Shown here: piece after piece, positions 1-11,000 of the stretch
Position numbering within the stretch: the stretch's first letter is position 1
How the letters are laid out: the number at the start of each line of letters is the position of its first letter
Source of the DNA: Phoronis australis
Taxonomy: Eukaryota; Animalia; Phoronida
NCBI GenBank assembly: GCA_002633005.1
Contig: NMRA01000678.1
Coordinates: 127,613 to 191,612 of the forward strand
Reading direction: 5' to 3'
DNA: 64,000 bases
Position numbers and translations under genes: made by a program
Notes under the pieces: generated by a model
What the model saw: only the letters and a program-made list of their open reading frames with translations
Told to the model about the DNA's origin: nothing
Databases searched by the model: none

Positions 1-123
1 AAACACCGTCCACTGACTCACAAACACGGGAACGGACTAACAAAACACGATCCACGCACCCAAATACACGGGACACGGACTCATATTCACGAGGAAACAC
101 GGTTAACGGACCGCCAAACACGN

Positions 124-1798
124 TACCGACTTCTACTACTTTGGCTCCGCCTAGTGGCAGTTTTTTGCACCCATAACTGTATCTCCCAAACCCACTGCAG
201 GAGCTTTATTAAATTTAACAAATTTAATTATATGAAGTTGACAACGGTTGACAACGGACGACAACGACTTACACATTTACAAATCTTTATGCGTAATTGG
301 GGAGCACATGTTTTTCCAAATAATCCTCAAACTTACGCAAGACGGTGAGAAAGATCCACTTCCTTTAATTCCAAATCTTTCATACCAGTTTTATTAATTA
401 ACTGTGAGCCTTTGTAATTTAGTAAAATTAGAGTGAACACTAAAATTGCAATTGCACCAAAGTCAAATTTTGATCGAAGAAAAACTTTTTACCACTTAAC
501 ATTGACCATGAGCTGGCTGTGCGCACCTTGTTTGCGCTAATATTAGCAATCTTGTTTCGCCTATTTGATTCATTTCGGCTTTTAGATAAGACGATAGATT
601 CATAGCTAGTCTACATGACACTAAGATGGCCGCCACCACGACATCTTCCAAGTCCTGTACAAGCGTCATTGTTTAATATTTGCAATTCAGCAATTGACTT
701 CCTAAAACCGCTCTGAGGTGGTGGCGTATTACAACTATTATTAAAATCTCTTGGTCTATTTACACCGACCTCTAGTCTATATATTGAATTCTCTGTAGTT
801 TCAGAAGTCGTGGGTTAAAATCCTGGCTCGCATAAAAATGACACCATGAGTGTACCACGTATCCGTGTTCGTTCTTCTAAGAACGCGGGAACACTTGACG
901 ATGGCCGGAGAAGAGACCAACCGAAACGTCGTGACAGTGTATATAGACTAGAGGTCGGTGTAAATAGACCAAGAGATTTTAATAATAGTTGTAATTCAGC
1001 AATTGGAATTTAAGGATAGATGTTTTTATTAAAAAACTCTAACAAAACGTGGTCAGAATCACTCGTTTATTAGCGAACGTGCAAGGTTTTCTTGGACTAA
1101 CAATTTTTTTTCTACTCTTTAGCAAAAAGAAAATTTTTAGCATACGGCCGAGCCGGGGAGGCATCAGGTAGATCGAACATCGAACCCAACAAATTTGAGC
1201 CTACGAAACGGCACAACGGGGGGAAACTTTGGGCGTGGAGGAAAATAACAGCAGCCAACCTGGGAACACAGGACAGGAGCAACATCATTCCGCGAAATGC
1301 GGGTGAGGGAAATAAATACCGTAAAGGAACCAAAAACAGGCTATGAAAACGTTTCGGAATAAAACCGAAAGAAAAAAAATATTGTTTTCAAAATTGAAGT
1401 TAAGGTAAAATTCTTTGTGTTAATGAAACTATTTCGCAATCTTGATCACGTTTTTTGTCGTTTTTATTTCCTCCTCAAAGGTAGACAAAAGTCTCAGTCA
1501 CTGTGAATTTTCCGAAATCTATTAATACAGCATTAACTTCAGTCGTAACTGGCCAATTTGATGATTATATTCGAAATGCAGCATACTATGACCAACAGGT
1601 TCAAGTTGTATTTCTGTGACGTATCGAGTATTTCGTGAGCCGCCTCCTCTAGTGATAGAGTATACTGATGGTGTATCCGAGTCGGCTGATCATCGAGATT
1701 TGGAAAATTTCACTCCAGTTTAACTAAATAATGTGAACGCTCGATTCTTTCAGTTCAGGCGTATTATACCTTATTGTAAACAGCAAATTAGGCGTGTT
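124..1798 (+). repeat. ~1.7-kb dispersed duplicated block, copy 1 (matches 34417-36064)
   Basis: Same sequence from TACCGACTTCTACTACTTTGGCTCC to CAGCAAATTAGGCGTGTT at both places, with scattered substitutions and small indels; ORFs 154..348 and 34447..34641 translate identically. Confidence 0.95.
697..992 (+). mobile_element. Penelope-like element-derived insertion, copy 1
   Basis: Flanked by the 13-bp direct repeat AATTCAGCAATTG (684-696, 993-1005); perfect 56-bp inverted repeats at 728-783 and 940-995; 31-bp unpaired extension at 697-727; internal hammerhead-like motif TTGACGA...CCGAAACGTC at 892-933. Confidence 0.65.
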
Positions 1799-2849
1799 AG
1801 CATCAGGGGTTTTGTCAACATTTGTCGCGCACACGACTCACAAGTTGGCCTATACACCTGTATGAATCAGCTGCTCAACACGCTTGGGTGCAAGTAGTTT
1901 TGTAGTCTTCGGAGTATTGGGCGATGGATGGCTCTGCCCCACATAAAAATGGTAGATGTTCGGAGGAGTAGGCCAAATTCGAAGCTGCTGGACGATCGAG
2001 ACCGCCTTTGGTAACGAAAGCAGTTTAACGTTGACGGTGAAAAGTTGGCGGGGTTGTGACGATCAGAGACAGGACTGTCAAGATTGATGTCCTTAATTCA
2101 AAGGCATGGAAGTGATAAGGTGCAAGAAAACGAATGGACATTGACATTGAAAACTGACATTTGATTTAGGCGATTTCCACATTGCCGTCAGTCACGTGAC
2201 ATCGTAACTGGATGTATACTGCATTTACTCACGCACCTTAAAATCGTCGTTTTTTAAAGTTGGACGTTGCTTTCCAAAGTAAGATAGTTTTTGCTTCGAA
2301 GATTTCTACAAACTGTCACAATTTTGAGAGTTACGACAGTTTGTGCAGCTCCACAAACCCGTGAATGGAGATCCTTGTCGCCGAATCTTATGTAATGTTT
2401 TCCTTAACAAGACTTGTGTTGCGAAACGCACACATGGATGGTCATTTCACAATGAGGACATTAATCAAATACTTTTTACTCTCAGGTGGTCGCCGACAAA
2501 TCCAGTGGCAGGACTAAGTTAACAAGAAGATCACTTCAAAATGACTTGTTTGTTTTTCCAATAGCCAGTTCGCCGGTCATCTTATAAACAAATAACTTGA
2601 TGCTCTCTCGTTATTCTCTCTTGTTTGCACAATCAGGGTGTTTTCGCGAGCACACGTTATAATAGTGTAATATTCTTGAAGTGATTTCGCTACCCGAAGA
2701 CTTATAAGTCGCATTTGTACATTCCTCATCCACTGACTGGTTGCGACGTCATTCAGAATAAAAGACAGCAAACATTTGTTTTTAAACATTTTTTGAGATC
2801 TTAAGAATACTGCATCAGCTAAAAGTAACTAATTAAAGGTAATCATATA

Positions 2850-3125
2850 CAGGGGCGGATCCAGGATTTTAAGTTGGGGGGCACGGCACAGGTAAATCCA
2901 GAATTTCGCCTCATGTGCGCGTCCAGCCTAAAATGTAGGGGTCTCGAACTTTTGGGTTTGTGGACTTTATTATTAAATAAAGACGGGGTTTGTTCAAGGC
3001 CTATGCATTGTGCATTGGACCACCGAGCCTCCCTGAGTGCGCGCATATTGTAGTCAGCAAATGGAATCTGGGAGAATTTTAGGGGTGGGGGGCATGGCCC
3101 CCTTGCCCCCCTAAATCCGATTCTG
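2850..3125 (+). mobile_element. hAT-like MITE (CAGGGGCGGATCC family), long variant
   Basis: Starts CAGGGGCGGATCCAGGATTTT and ends AAATCCGATTCTG; shares GGAATCTGGGAGAATTTT with the other copies; imperfect 5-bp TSD ATATA/ATATG. Confidence 0.75.
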
Positions 3126-3584
3126 ATATGTTGCCAAGTTGAATTTCACATACAACACTTTGTCTCTGTGCGTACATAGTTACTCAAAAATGAAACACTA
3201 TCTATTCGTTTCGAATCTTATTTTAAAGACCCAGTTCCACGTGGTTTCAATGATTACTAGCCGTTACCGCAGCTAGTAGGAAAAGCCGATGGGAAATAGC
3301 TACATCTAAAAGTGAACCAATTGAGTGTTCATCGCACTGAGAGACAGGAATACTTCTTGAAGAGACCGTGTTCAAAGCTTCAAACAGAATTTCTGTCACC
3401 TGTCAGATTTTAGTAAGCAATTAATGTGTGCGGCTGTGGGATTCTTCCCCTAGGCAATACAAATTTCTTTCCAGACATTTGACCCTGCCGTAACACAAAG
3501 TACGGTAATCAGATGTTCTTCAGTTTAAAGTGAAAACTAAGAATGCATTTAAAATATTGTATAGTACACAAAGTATATAGATGT

Positions 3585-3743
3585 CAGTGGCGGATTTAGA
3601 GAGGGACAAGGGGGCCATGCGCCCCATAAAATTCTCCCAGCTTCCATTTGGCAGTTCGGGGGTGCGAATGTCTGAAGGGCAAAATTCTGGCTAATACTCT
3701 ATTAGTGCCGTCCCCCCAACTCAAAATCCTGGATCCGCCCCTG
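3585..3743 (-). mobile_element. hAT-like MITE (CAGGGGCGGATCC family)
   Basis: Termini CAGTGGCGGAT...ATCCGCCCCTG; perfect 5-bp TSD GATGT (3580-3584, 3744-3748); homologous to copies at 42812, 50784 and 51249. Confidence 0.85.
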
Positions 3744-4199
3744 GATGTGTTTACAAAAGTTGCATCATAAATGTACATACATGTAGCCTACTGAGGTAGA
3801 AAGCCAGCTAGCTCCGTTAGACACTGAAATTTCACACAACCCAGGTGCTCAGCTCGTCACCTCGTCGTGAAACTTAGAGCTAACAACTTGCAGGGGTGCA
3901 TGCAGAATCTGGGAATGAATCGACATTCACAGTGCCCGTTACAGCCGTTTATAGAAGTAAACGAAATTTAATAAACATTATTTTTCGTTATTCTCCGCCT
4001 TTTGTAACAAAGGAAAATCCTGTCGCCGTTTTGAAAACAGTGCAATCTCGTGACACGCGCACGTACGCGCCATTTACCAAAACTTTTCGATATCTCTCGA
4101 GAGTATTTTCTGAAATTGTTTTTTTGGTATTGAAATAGTAAAAACCTTTAACGAAATGAAACCACTTCCGATTTTTATGACATGTACGCAACCTGGCAG

Positions 4200-4830
4200 C
4201 AATTGAGATGGTGTTGCTGAAGCTGCTCGTGATGGCAGTGGCGCTGACGTCGTTTGTTGGACGGTTTGGTGTGAATGTTGTTGTTTTGGGGGAGACATGT
4301 GTAATTGTGGAGTTGTGATTGTGGATATGCACGTGTAGCGTTGATTGGGGTTAAAATGGCGCTAGCCACAATAGAGCGAATTGGAGGTGATGCCGTTGAA
4401 GGTGGTGTTGATGATTATGATGGCGATGATGGTGCCGATGATGATAGGGGGGACAATGTAGAGGTGTTGGTGGCGGTGGGAAGCTGTGATAGTAACGGAG
4501 CGAAGTAGATTGCCCTGGTGGTGGTGGTGGTGTGATGATACAGATAATAAGACTGAAGGAGGTTATGATGATGGTGGAAGTGATGGTAGTGGAGCTAACG
4601 GTACTGGTGGTGATTGCGGCGATGATAATAGTAGTGATGACGATGATGATGAAAGTGATGATAGTGGTGGTAGTGGAAGTGTCCATGGCGGTGGCGTTAC
4701 AACTAAAAGTGGTGGTGGTAGTGATTATAATGATGGCGGTTGTGATGATGATGATTGTGTTTGTGATGGCGTCTCTAATATTTCTCATGGCGATCAGTTG
4801 GTTCTTAGCTGTTGTTGTTGCATGGCAACA
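4200..4830. repeat. Degenerate (GGT/GAT)n low-complexity tract
   Basis: Runs of GGTGGT, GATGAT and GTTGTT; produces overlapping low-complexity ORFs in several frames on both strands. Confidence 0.85.
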
Positions 4831-4962
4831 TTGAAGACAGTAAGCACGTACTTATTGTAAGGCATTTGAATACCACACCTTTCACGATTACGAAACTCTC
4901 CTAATGTTTGCAGAGTTTCAATTAAATACTCGCCCAGGAGAGCATATTTGCCGAAGACTTAC

Positions 4963-5000
4963 TATAAAATTGAGTGTCCAGCTTAGGTTTGGATCACTTT
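4963..5000 (+). promoter_or_regulatory. Core promoter (TATA box plus initiator) of the secreted-protein gene
   Basis: TATAAAA at 4963-4969; Inr-like TCACTTT at 4994-5000, about 30 nt downstream; ATG at 5018 in AAAATG context. Confidence 0.65.
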
Positions 5001-5017
5001 ACACCTGACTGGCGAAA

Positions 5018-5068
5018 ATGAAACTTTCCTCCGTGGCAGTGTGTGTTCTCCTCGGCGCTGTAGCTGTG
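5018..5068 (+). CDS. Secreted protein exon 1 (signal peptide)
   Basis: ATG...GCTGTG|GTGAGT; MKLSSVAVCVLLGAVAV; phase-0 donor. Confidence 0.85.
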
Positions 5069-8000
5069 GTGAGTAATTTGTAGTTGGCGGCGACTGCATA
5101 CATGTACCTACCAGGAATTTGTAATAGTAAGTCCCAAGGAGTATAATTATTCAGAAAATAGCGCACGCTTATCTTTCTAGCATCTCAAAATGTAAGGAAA
5201 TAGGGGACCTACGAACGGAAAATGTGGCAGCTAGGTCGACATGGCTTGAGTACCCGTATGTGTAGTTAAGGGAGTTAATTATACTAAGCGTGAGTTTACA
5301 GTATCAAGGGTATCGTAACGTTAATCAAATTAATTTTATAGATAAACCAAAAAATGTGCCAAAATTAACTGTTCTAATTCCGGCCTTGTTTTCGTTTGAC
5401 AATCGCCAACATTTTAAGAAACCCTAAACACCGTAGAAAAAATTGTGACTTCGATGATAGACTCACTAGCCAATATTAGAAAAATTTTTGGATTCATTAG
5501 GCCAAAGTTGGACATTTGGGGGCGCCGGTTTGCGGAAATTGCGTTGGTGGAAGTTGCACCTGCGGTTAATTTCTTCTTTACCAGCGACAATAAATCTCTT
5601 ATTTCAGCCAAAAACGTAGTTGATTCTCATTTTGAGGCCTGCATTCATCAACTAAAAAACACGCTCACCCCCATCAGTTTAATCAAAGGTTCGTGTTTTT
5701 TTAAAGCTGCACAAGGCCATACGGTGGTTGTCACTGTGACGCCACCGTGACGTCACCTTAGCAAGGGTAATCACGGTTACGATGATATGCCAAGCGATCA
5801 CTAAAAAATCCAGTATAATTTTGCTCAAGTCTCGGCTTGATTTTTTTTAATAATTAGCAAATAAAAAGTACTTCACCACCTACCGACCGCACGGGCCACT
5901 ATGTTTTTGACTCAGTGAGTTAGATAGAGATTGTTTGGCCTATGTGCATGTACATTTATCTCATGACTTTTTCTGTGTGTTTTATGGTTGCACTGTACCG
6001 ACGCAGTCGAGGCCACCTATTCTATACTAACCATACTATACTTTCTGGTTAAACGAAAATACTAAATACACAAAACGTACCTCGATTAGCGTAGAAGAAG
6101 TAATATTCCGAAACATTATTCCGAGGAATCGATCCATACGCTTCGAATTCCTAAGCTTCTTTCATTTTTACGCAATTTTTAAACACTTTACCCGGACTGT
6201 TCACGGACTGTTGGCGGATTACATCGTACATTTATACACTTGCGCGTTAGGTTACAAATTTTCTCTAGTAAGAGAAACTGTTTTAAACTAACGATTTCTT
6301 CCTTGAAAAGAGATAACAAAGGTGAAAAACAACGGTAATTGTGGACTGAACTTACCACATTTCTTGAAAATAGTTAAATAATAATATTTGATATTTTAGT
6401 TACCGAAGAATCGGTGCCTGAGTTGCAGACGATATAGCAATTGAAAACTGAAACAGAAGTGTCCTATAATTACCAGTGTTGTACTAGAAGTTACGTGTGG
6501 GAGCTGATTGCATGTCGAGTGTTATTTGCACTGATGCAATTGTATTACTTTAAACTATATTCGTAAAGTTTGAAGATCGAACCGGCTAATGACGTCGAGT
6601 CGACATTCACTTACCTTTTGAACTTTCCTTGTCAGAGGGCACTGTTGAAGTAGTGCAAGGTGTGAATACGGAAAACAAAATCACATGGCCGTATTGCACT
6701 CGACTGATTCAAGAAAGTGTAATATGAACGCTCCTGGAAAACGTCAAAATTTAAAAAAAAACGAGAAATTTGGAAATGCGTGTCTTACGAAATGCCGATC
6801 GGAATCGAACAGAACGTTCATATACTATTTATACACTACTCTCCAAAATTTTGCTTAAGAATGTTTCAATTTTCCTGAAAAGATGTCGAAAAAGAAAGTG
6901 GCATAATTTTAATGAAATAAGTTGCTTGAAACAAACTGAAGTATAATTCATCTTGAATATTTATACGGTGAAAATGAAGTCATCTTGATGTAATCGTGAG
7001 TTTACCACGAATGAACTTTTCTTTTTGCTAAAACTTATTAACACAACACGCAATGCTATCAATGACAGGTTCCAAAGCTCTACGCATTTTCTACTTTCGG
7101 AAAATTATGGTTTTAATGAATTAATTTACTTTTGAGTTTAAATTATTTGCCGAAATGTATAGAGTTGTTGAGAAGGTTATCCATAACCTTTACATGAATT
7201 ATGCAATGGTTCTGTTAAAGTATCATTTATCTTGAATGTATCAATGTTTATTTAAAAAGATACGAAACCTTGTTTTAAACTAACCATTTAGCCCACCATT
7301 TACTTTGCTGTATTCACTGTAACACTGCACCCATTCATTTATTTGNCTATGTGCATGTACATTTATCTCATGACTTTTTCTGTGTGTTTTATGGTTGCAC
7401 TGTACCGACGCAGTCGAGGCCACCTATCCTATACTAACCATGCTATACTTTCTGGTTAAACGAAAATACTAAATACACAAAACGTACCTCGATTAGCGTA
7501 GAAGAAGTAATATTCTGAAACATTATTCCGAGGAATCGATCCATACGCTTCGAATTCCTAAGCTTCTTTCATTTTTACGCAATTTTTAAACAATTTTCCC
7601 GGACTGTTCACGGACTGTTGGCGGATCAAATCGTACATGTATATACTTGCGCGTTAGGTTACAAATTTTCTCTAGTCAGAGAAACTGTTTTAAACTAACG
7701 ATTTCATCCTTGAAAAGAGATAACAAAGGTGAAAAACAACGGTAATTGTGGACTGAACTTACCACATTTCTTGAAAATAGTTAAATAACAATATTTGATA
7801 TTTTAGTTACCGAAGAATCGGTGCCTGAGTTGCAGACGATATAGCAATTGAAAACTGAAACAGAAGTGTCCTATAATTACCAGTGTTGTACTAGAAGTTA
7901 CGTGTGGGAGCTGATTGCATGTCGAATGTTATTTCCACTGATGCAATTGTATTACTTTAAACTATATTCGTAAAGTTTGAAGATCGAACCGGCTAATGAC

Positions 8001-11000
8001 GTCGAGTCGACATTCACTTACCTTTTGAACTTTCCATGTCAGAGGGCACTGTTGAAGTAGTGCAAGGTGTGAATACGGAAAACAAAATCACATGGCCGTA
8101 TTGCACTCAACTGATTCAAGAAAGTGTAATATGAACGCTCCTGGAACACGTCAAAATTTAGAAAAAGAAACGGGAAATTTGGAAATGCGTGTCTTACGAA
8201 ATGCCGATCGGAATCGAACAGAACGTTCATATACTATTTATACACTACTCTCCAAAACTTTGCTTAAGAATGTTTCAATTTTCCTGAAAAGATGTCGAAA
8301 AAGAAAGTGGCATAATTTTAATGAAATAAGTTGCTTGAAACAAACTGAAGTATAATTCATCTTGAATATTTATACGGTGAAAATGAAGTCATCTTGATGT
8401 AATCGTGAGTTTACCACGAATGAACTTTTCTTTTTGCTAAAACTTATTAACACAACACGCAATGCTATCAATGACAGGTTCCAAAGCTCTACGCATTTTC
8501 TACTTTCGGAAAATTATGGTTTTAATGAATTAATTTACTTTTGAGTTTAAATTATTTGCCGAAATGTATAGAGTTGTTGAGAAGGTTATCCATAACCTTT
8601 ACATGAATTATGCAATGGTTCTGTTAAAGTATCATTTATCTTGAAAGTATCAATGTTTATTTAAAAAGATACGAAACCTTGTTTTAAACTAACCATTTAG
8701 CCCACCATTTACTTTGCTGTATTCACTGTAACACTGCACCCATTCATTTATTTGAGTTCAAGTTGAAACGGTCCTAAAATGAATTTTTGGCACATAAATG
8801 ATGCCACTGTGACAATTTTGTATGTTTTCTCTTTGTACACAAACACACACACACTCATGTACGTACTACGCGTGTTTATGTGAATGATCTGTAATAAAAC
8901 ACCGATATTATTTTTGTTCCAGTGCTCAGCCAAGAGCGTAAGTGGTGAAAAGAAACCGAGCACCGGTGAACACTGGAGACCACCACGTAAGTCCCATCCC
9001 TTACAAATTTATTGCAAATCTTGCTCATGGGTGTTAATGACAGGTAGCAGCACACTTACTGCGGAGAAGAGCGTGCAAGTCTACAATGGAAGTGGTACCC
9101 TTGCCGCAGTGAACAACTCACTACTACACCCTGTAGCTTCACATGAGTGGTGAAAACACCAGCAGTTTCACTGCCTAAAACGCTGACGCGAACAGTTTTG
9201 GGGTTAGTCAAAGCGCTAGCCCCCAAAAGTGACACATAAATATGTGACTGTTCACGTGATTGGCGTTTTTGCTACTAGCGAAAGTTCTAGAGCGAAAAAC
9301 GCCATATTATCCATTTTTGTGAACGGAGTATTCTATCTCAACTGATATCATTCACGTGAAATACGTGTGTAGGCGTGACGTGGACATTAGCGTGTTCAGT
9401 TTATGAGCAGTAGGCCTTGGGGAACTGTACACTGATTTCTCCCCCGTATCCCGCTTCACTCAACACGTAGAGAGATTGTAATGTGAGATCTATGCAGCTC
9501 TGCGGCTCTTTCTTTGTCAATCAAACTTTCGAATTATGTTACGTATACATGAGTCGAGTAAACACTAACAGTTGCACGAAATGACCGCGAAGAGGTCGGC
9601 TTTTAGCAGCATGCACTTATTTTGTTTCCTCACCACCCTAATCAGTTTCGAAAACACGTCCAGTCCCTGTCATAAATTGATGTGTCCTTTTTATGATAGT
9701 TCGATTACCACCTTTAAGAGGTGCCATCGTTTTTGAATACTTAGCATCCGGAATAAAGAGGGATGGAAAAACTAGGTTTCAGGCTCCCACAAGCGTGACC
9801 GTTTGTGATAGAGCCTGCAGATACACAAGATGGTTCTTGGACGCCTGCATTTTATTAAAATGTAGCATACTCAAAATACCACAATATAGGTGCAGAATAG
9901 CAAATGGTGCCATAACTATGCTACAGGTATAAATATTTTGAAACTCAGCTAGAACTTTAGTCAACATGATTTTACCAATTCCACATAATTGATGCTTCCA
10001 GCCGTGTCCGTGGCCCAGCTCAACAAGGCAAGCGCCAGCCTAAAGGAGTACTTCCCCGTAGCCGAAGGTTGGTTCCACGCAATCAGTGAGGAGCTTGGCA
10101 AAACCGAAGCAGATGGTAAGTTGGGAATCCTAATCACTTAGATCTGACCTGTTTGCGAATAACAAAACCGAAGCGTGCGCATCTCAGGGCGTAGATTTTT
10201 GTCAACGTCATCCAATAAGAAACTCGAAAAGTGTCACGCAGGCGATAGCCAGCTCGGTAAACTGGCTTAGTGTCACTTACGATAAATTTCTGGCCTCTTG
10301 AAATAATACTAAAATGAAGCGAATTCTCCAAACCGTTTATTGGCGTTTTTTGGGGGTGATGGCAGCTATACCGCGCTCGACAGTTTACAAGACTGTCGGT
10401 GCTCGTGTAGTGGGTCGTAGGCGCACGTGGGCACAGTCAACCACCTTTTGGCACTTGAACGTAGCGCCTACGCACCCTAAGTTACGTTCAGTGCTCAAGG
10501 TGATAAGGTGGGCTTTGAGCGCCTACTAACCTCTAATTTTACCACTGCAGCACTGAAGACTGCAATTCACTACTAAAATTATAATCAATCCATAGACTGA
10601 CATTTAAATCTGGAACAGTGCCACAAAAGGAGCCGGGGAGCTCTCCATTGAATAAACGACGTAGTGTAAGGTTTATTACGAGCTCTTGGAAGCCACAAAA
10701 AGATAAATGGTAAATACCCACATCCCGAAGTACCACAACACCACTCTCATTCTGTTCTACTTACCCACAATGCTGTGCATCACTTGGCACCTGTCTGCTG
10801 ACGCAACGCTAACTTGATACATCATTAGTTAGTAATGACCCTAGACTCTGTAATCACTACTTGTCCTATTCGGCTGAAAAGTGTATTAGCCTAGAGCTTG
10901 CGTTTTTCAATCTTTGAACATAAATATTTGAATAGATGTCGGGCGATTTTCCCGAACGCTTCTGAATTTTTGTTTACATGGACATTTTATGGGGTATCAA

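Noticed and set aside
1-122. CACGG/ACGGA-rich quasi-repeat at the window start
   Set aside because: Too short and ends at an N; no unit can be defined, and it may be a low-quality contig end.
154-348. Identical 64-aa ORF here and at 34447 suggesting a conserved peptide
   Set aside because: Identity reflects the recent duplication; GTG start and no coding signature.
3988-4860. Overlapping Thr/Ile-, Asp/Gly- and Val/Met-rich ORFs suggesting a mucin or biomineral protein
   Set aside because: Open in several frames on both strands because of the GGT/GAT repeat; no signal peptide or splice support.
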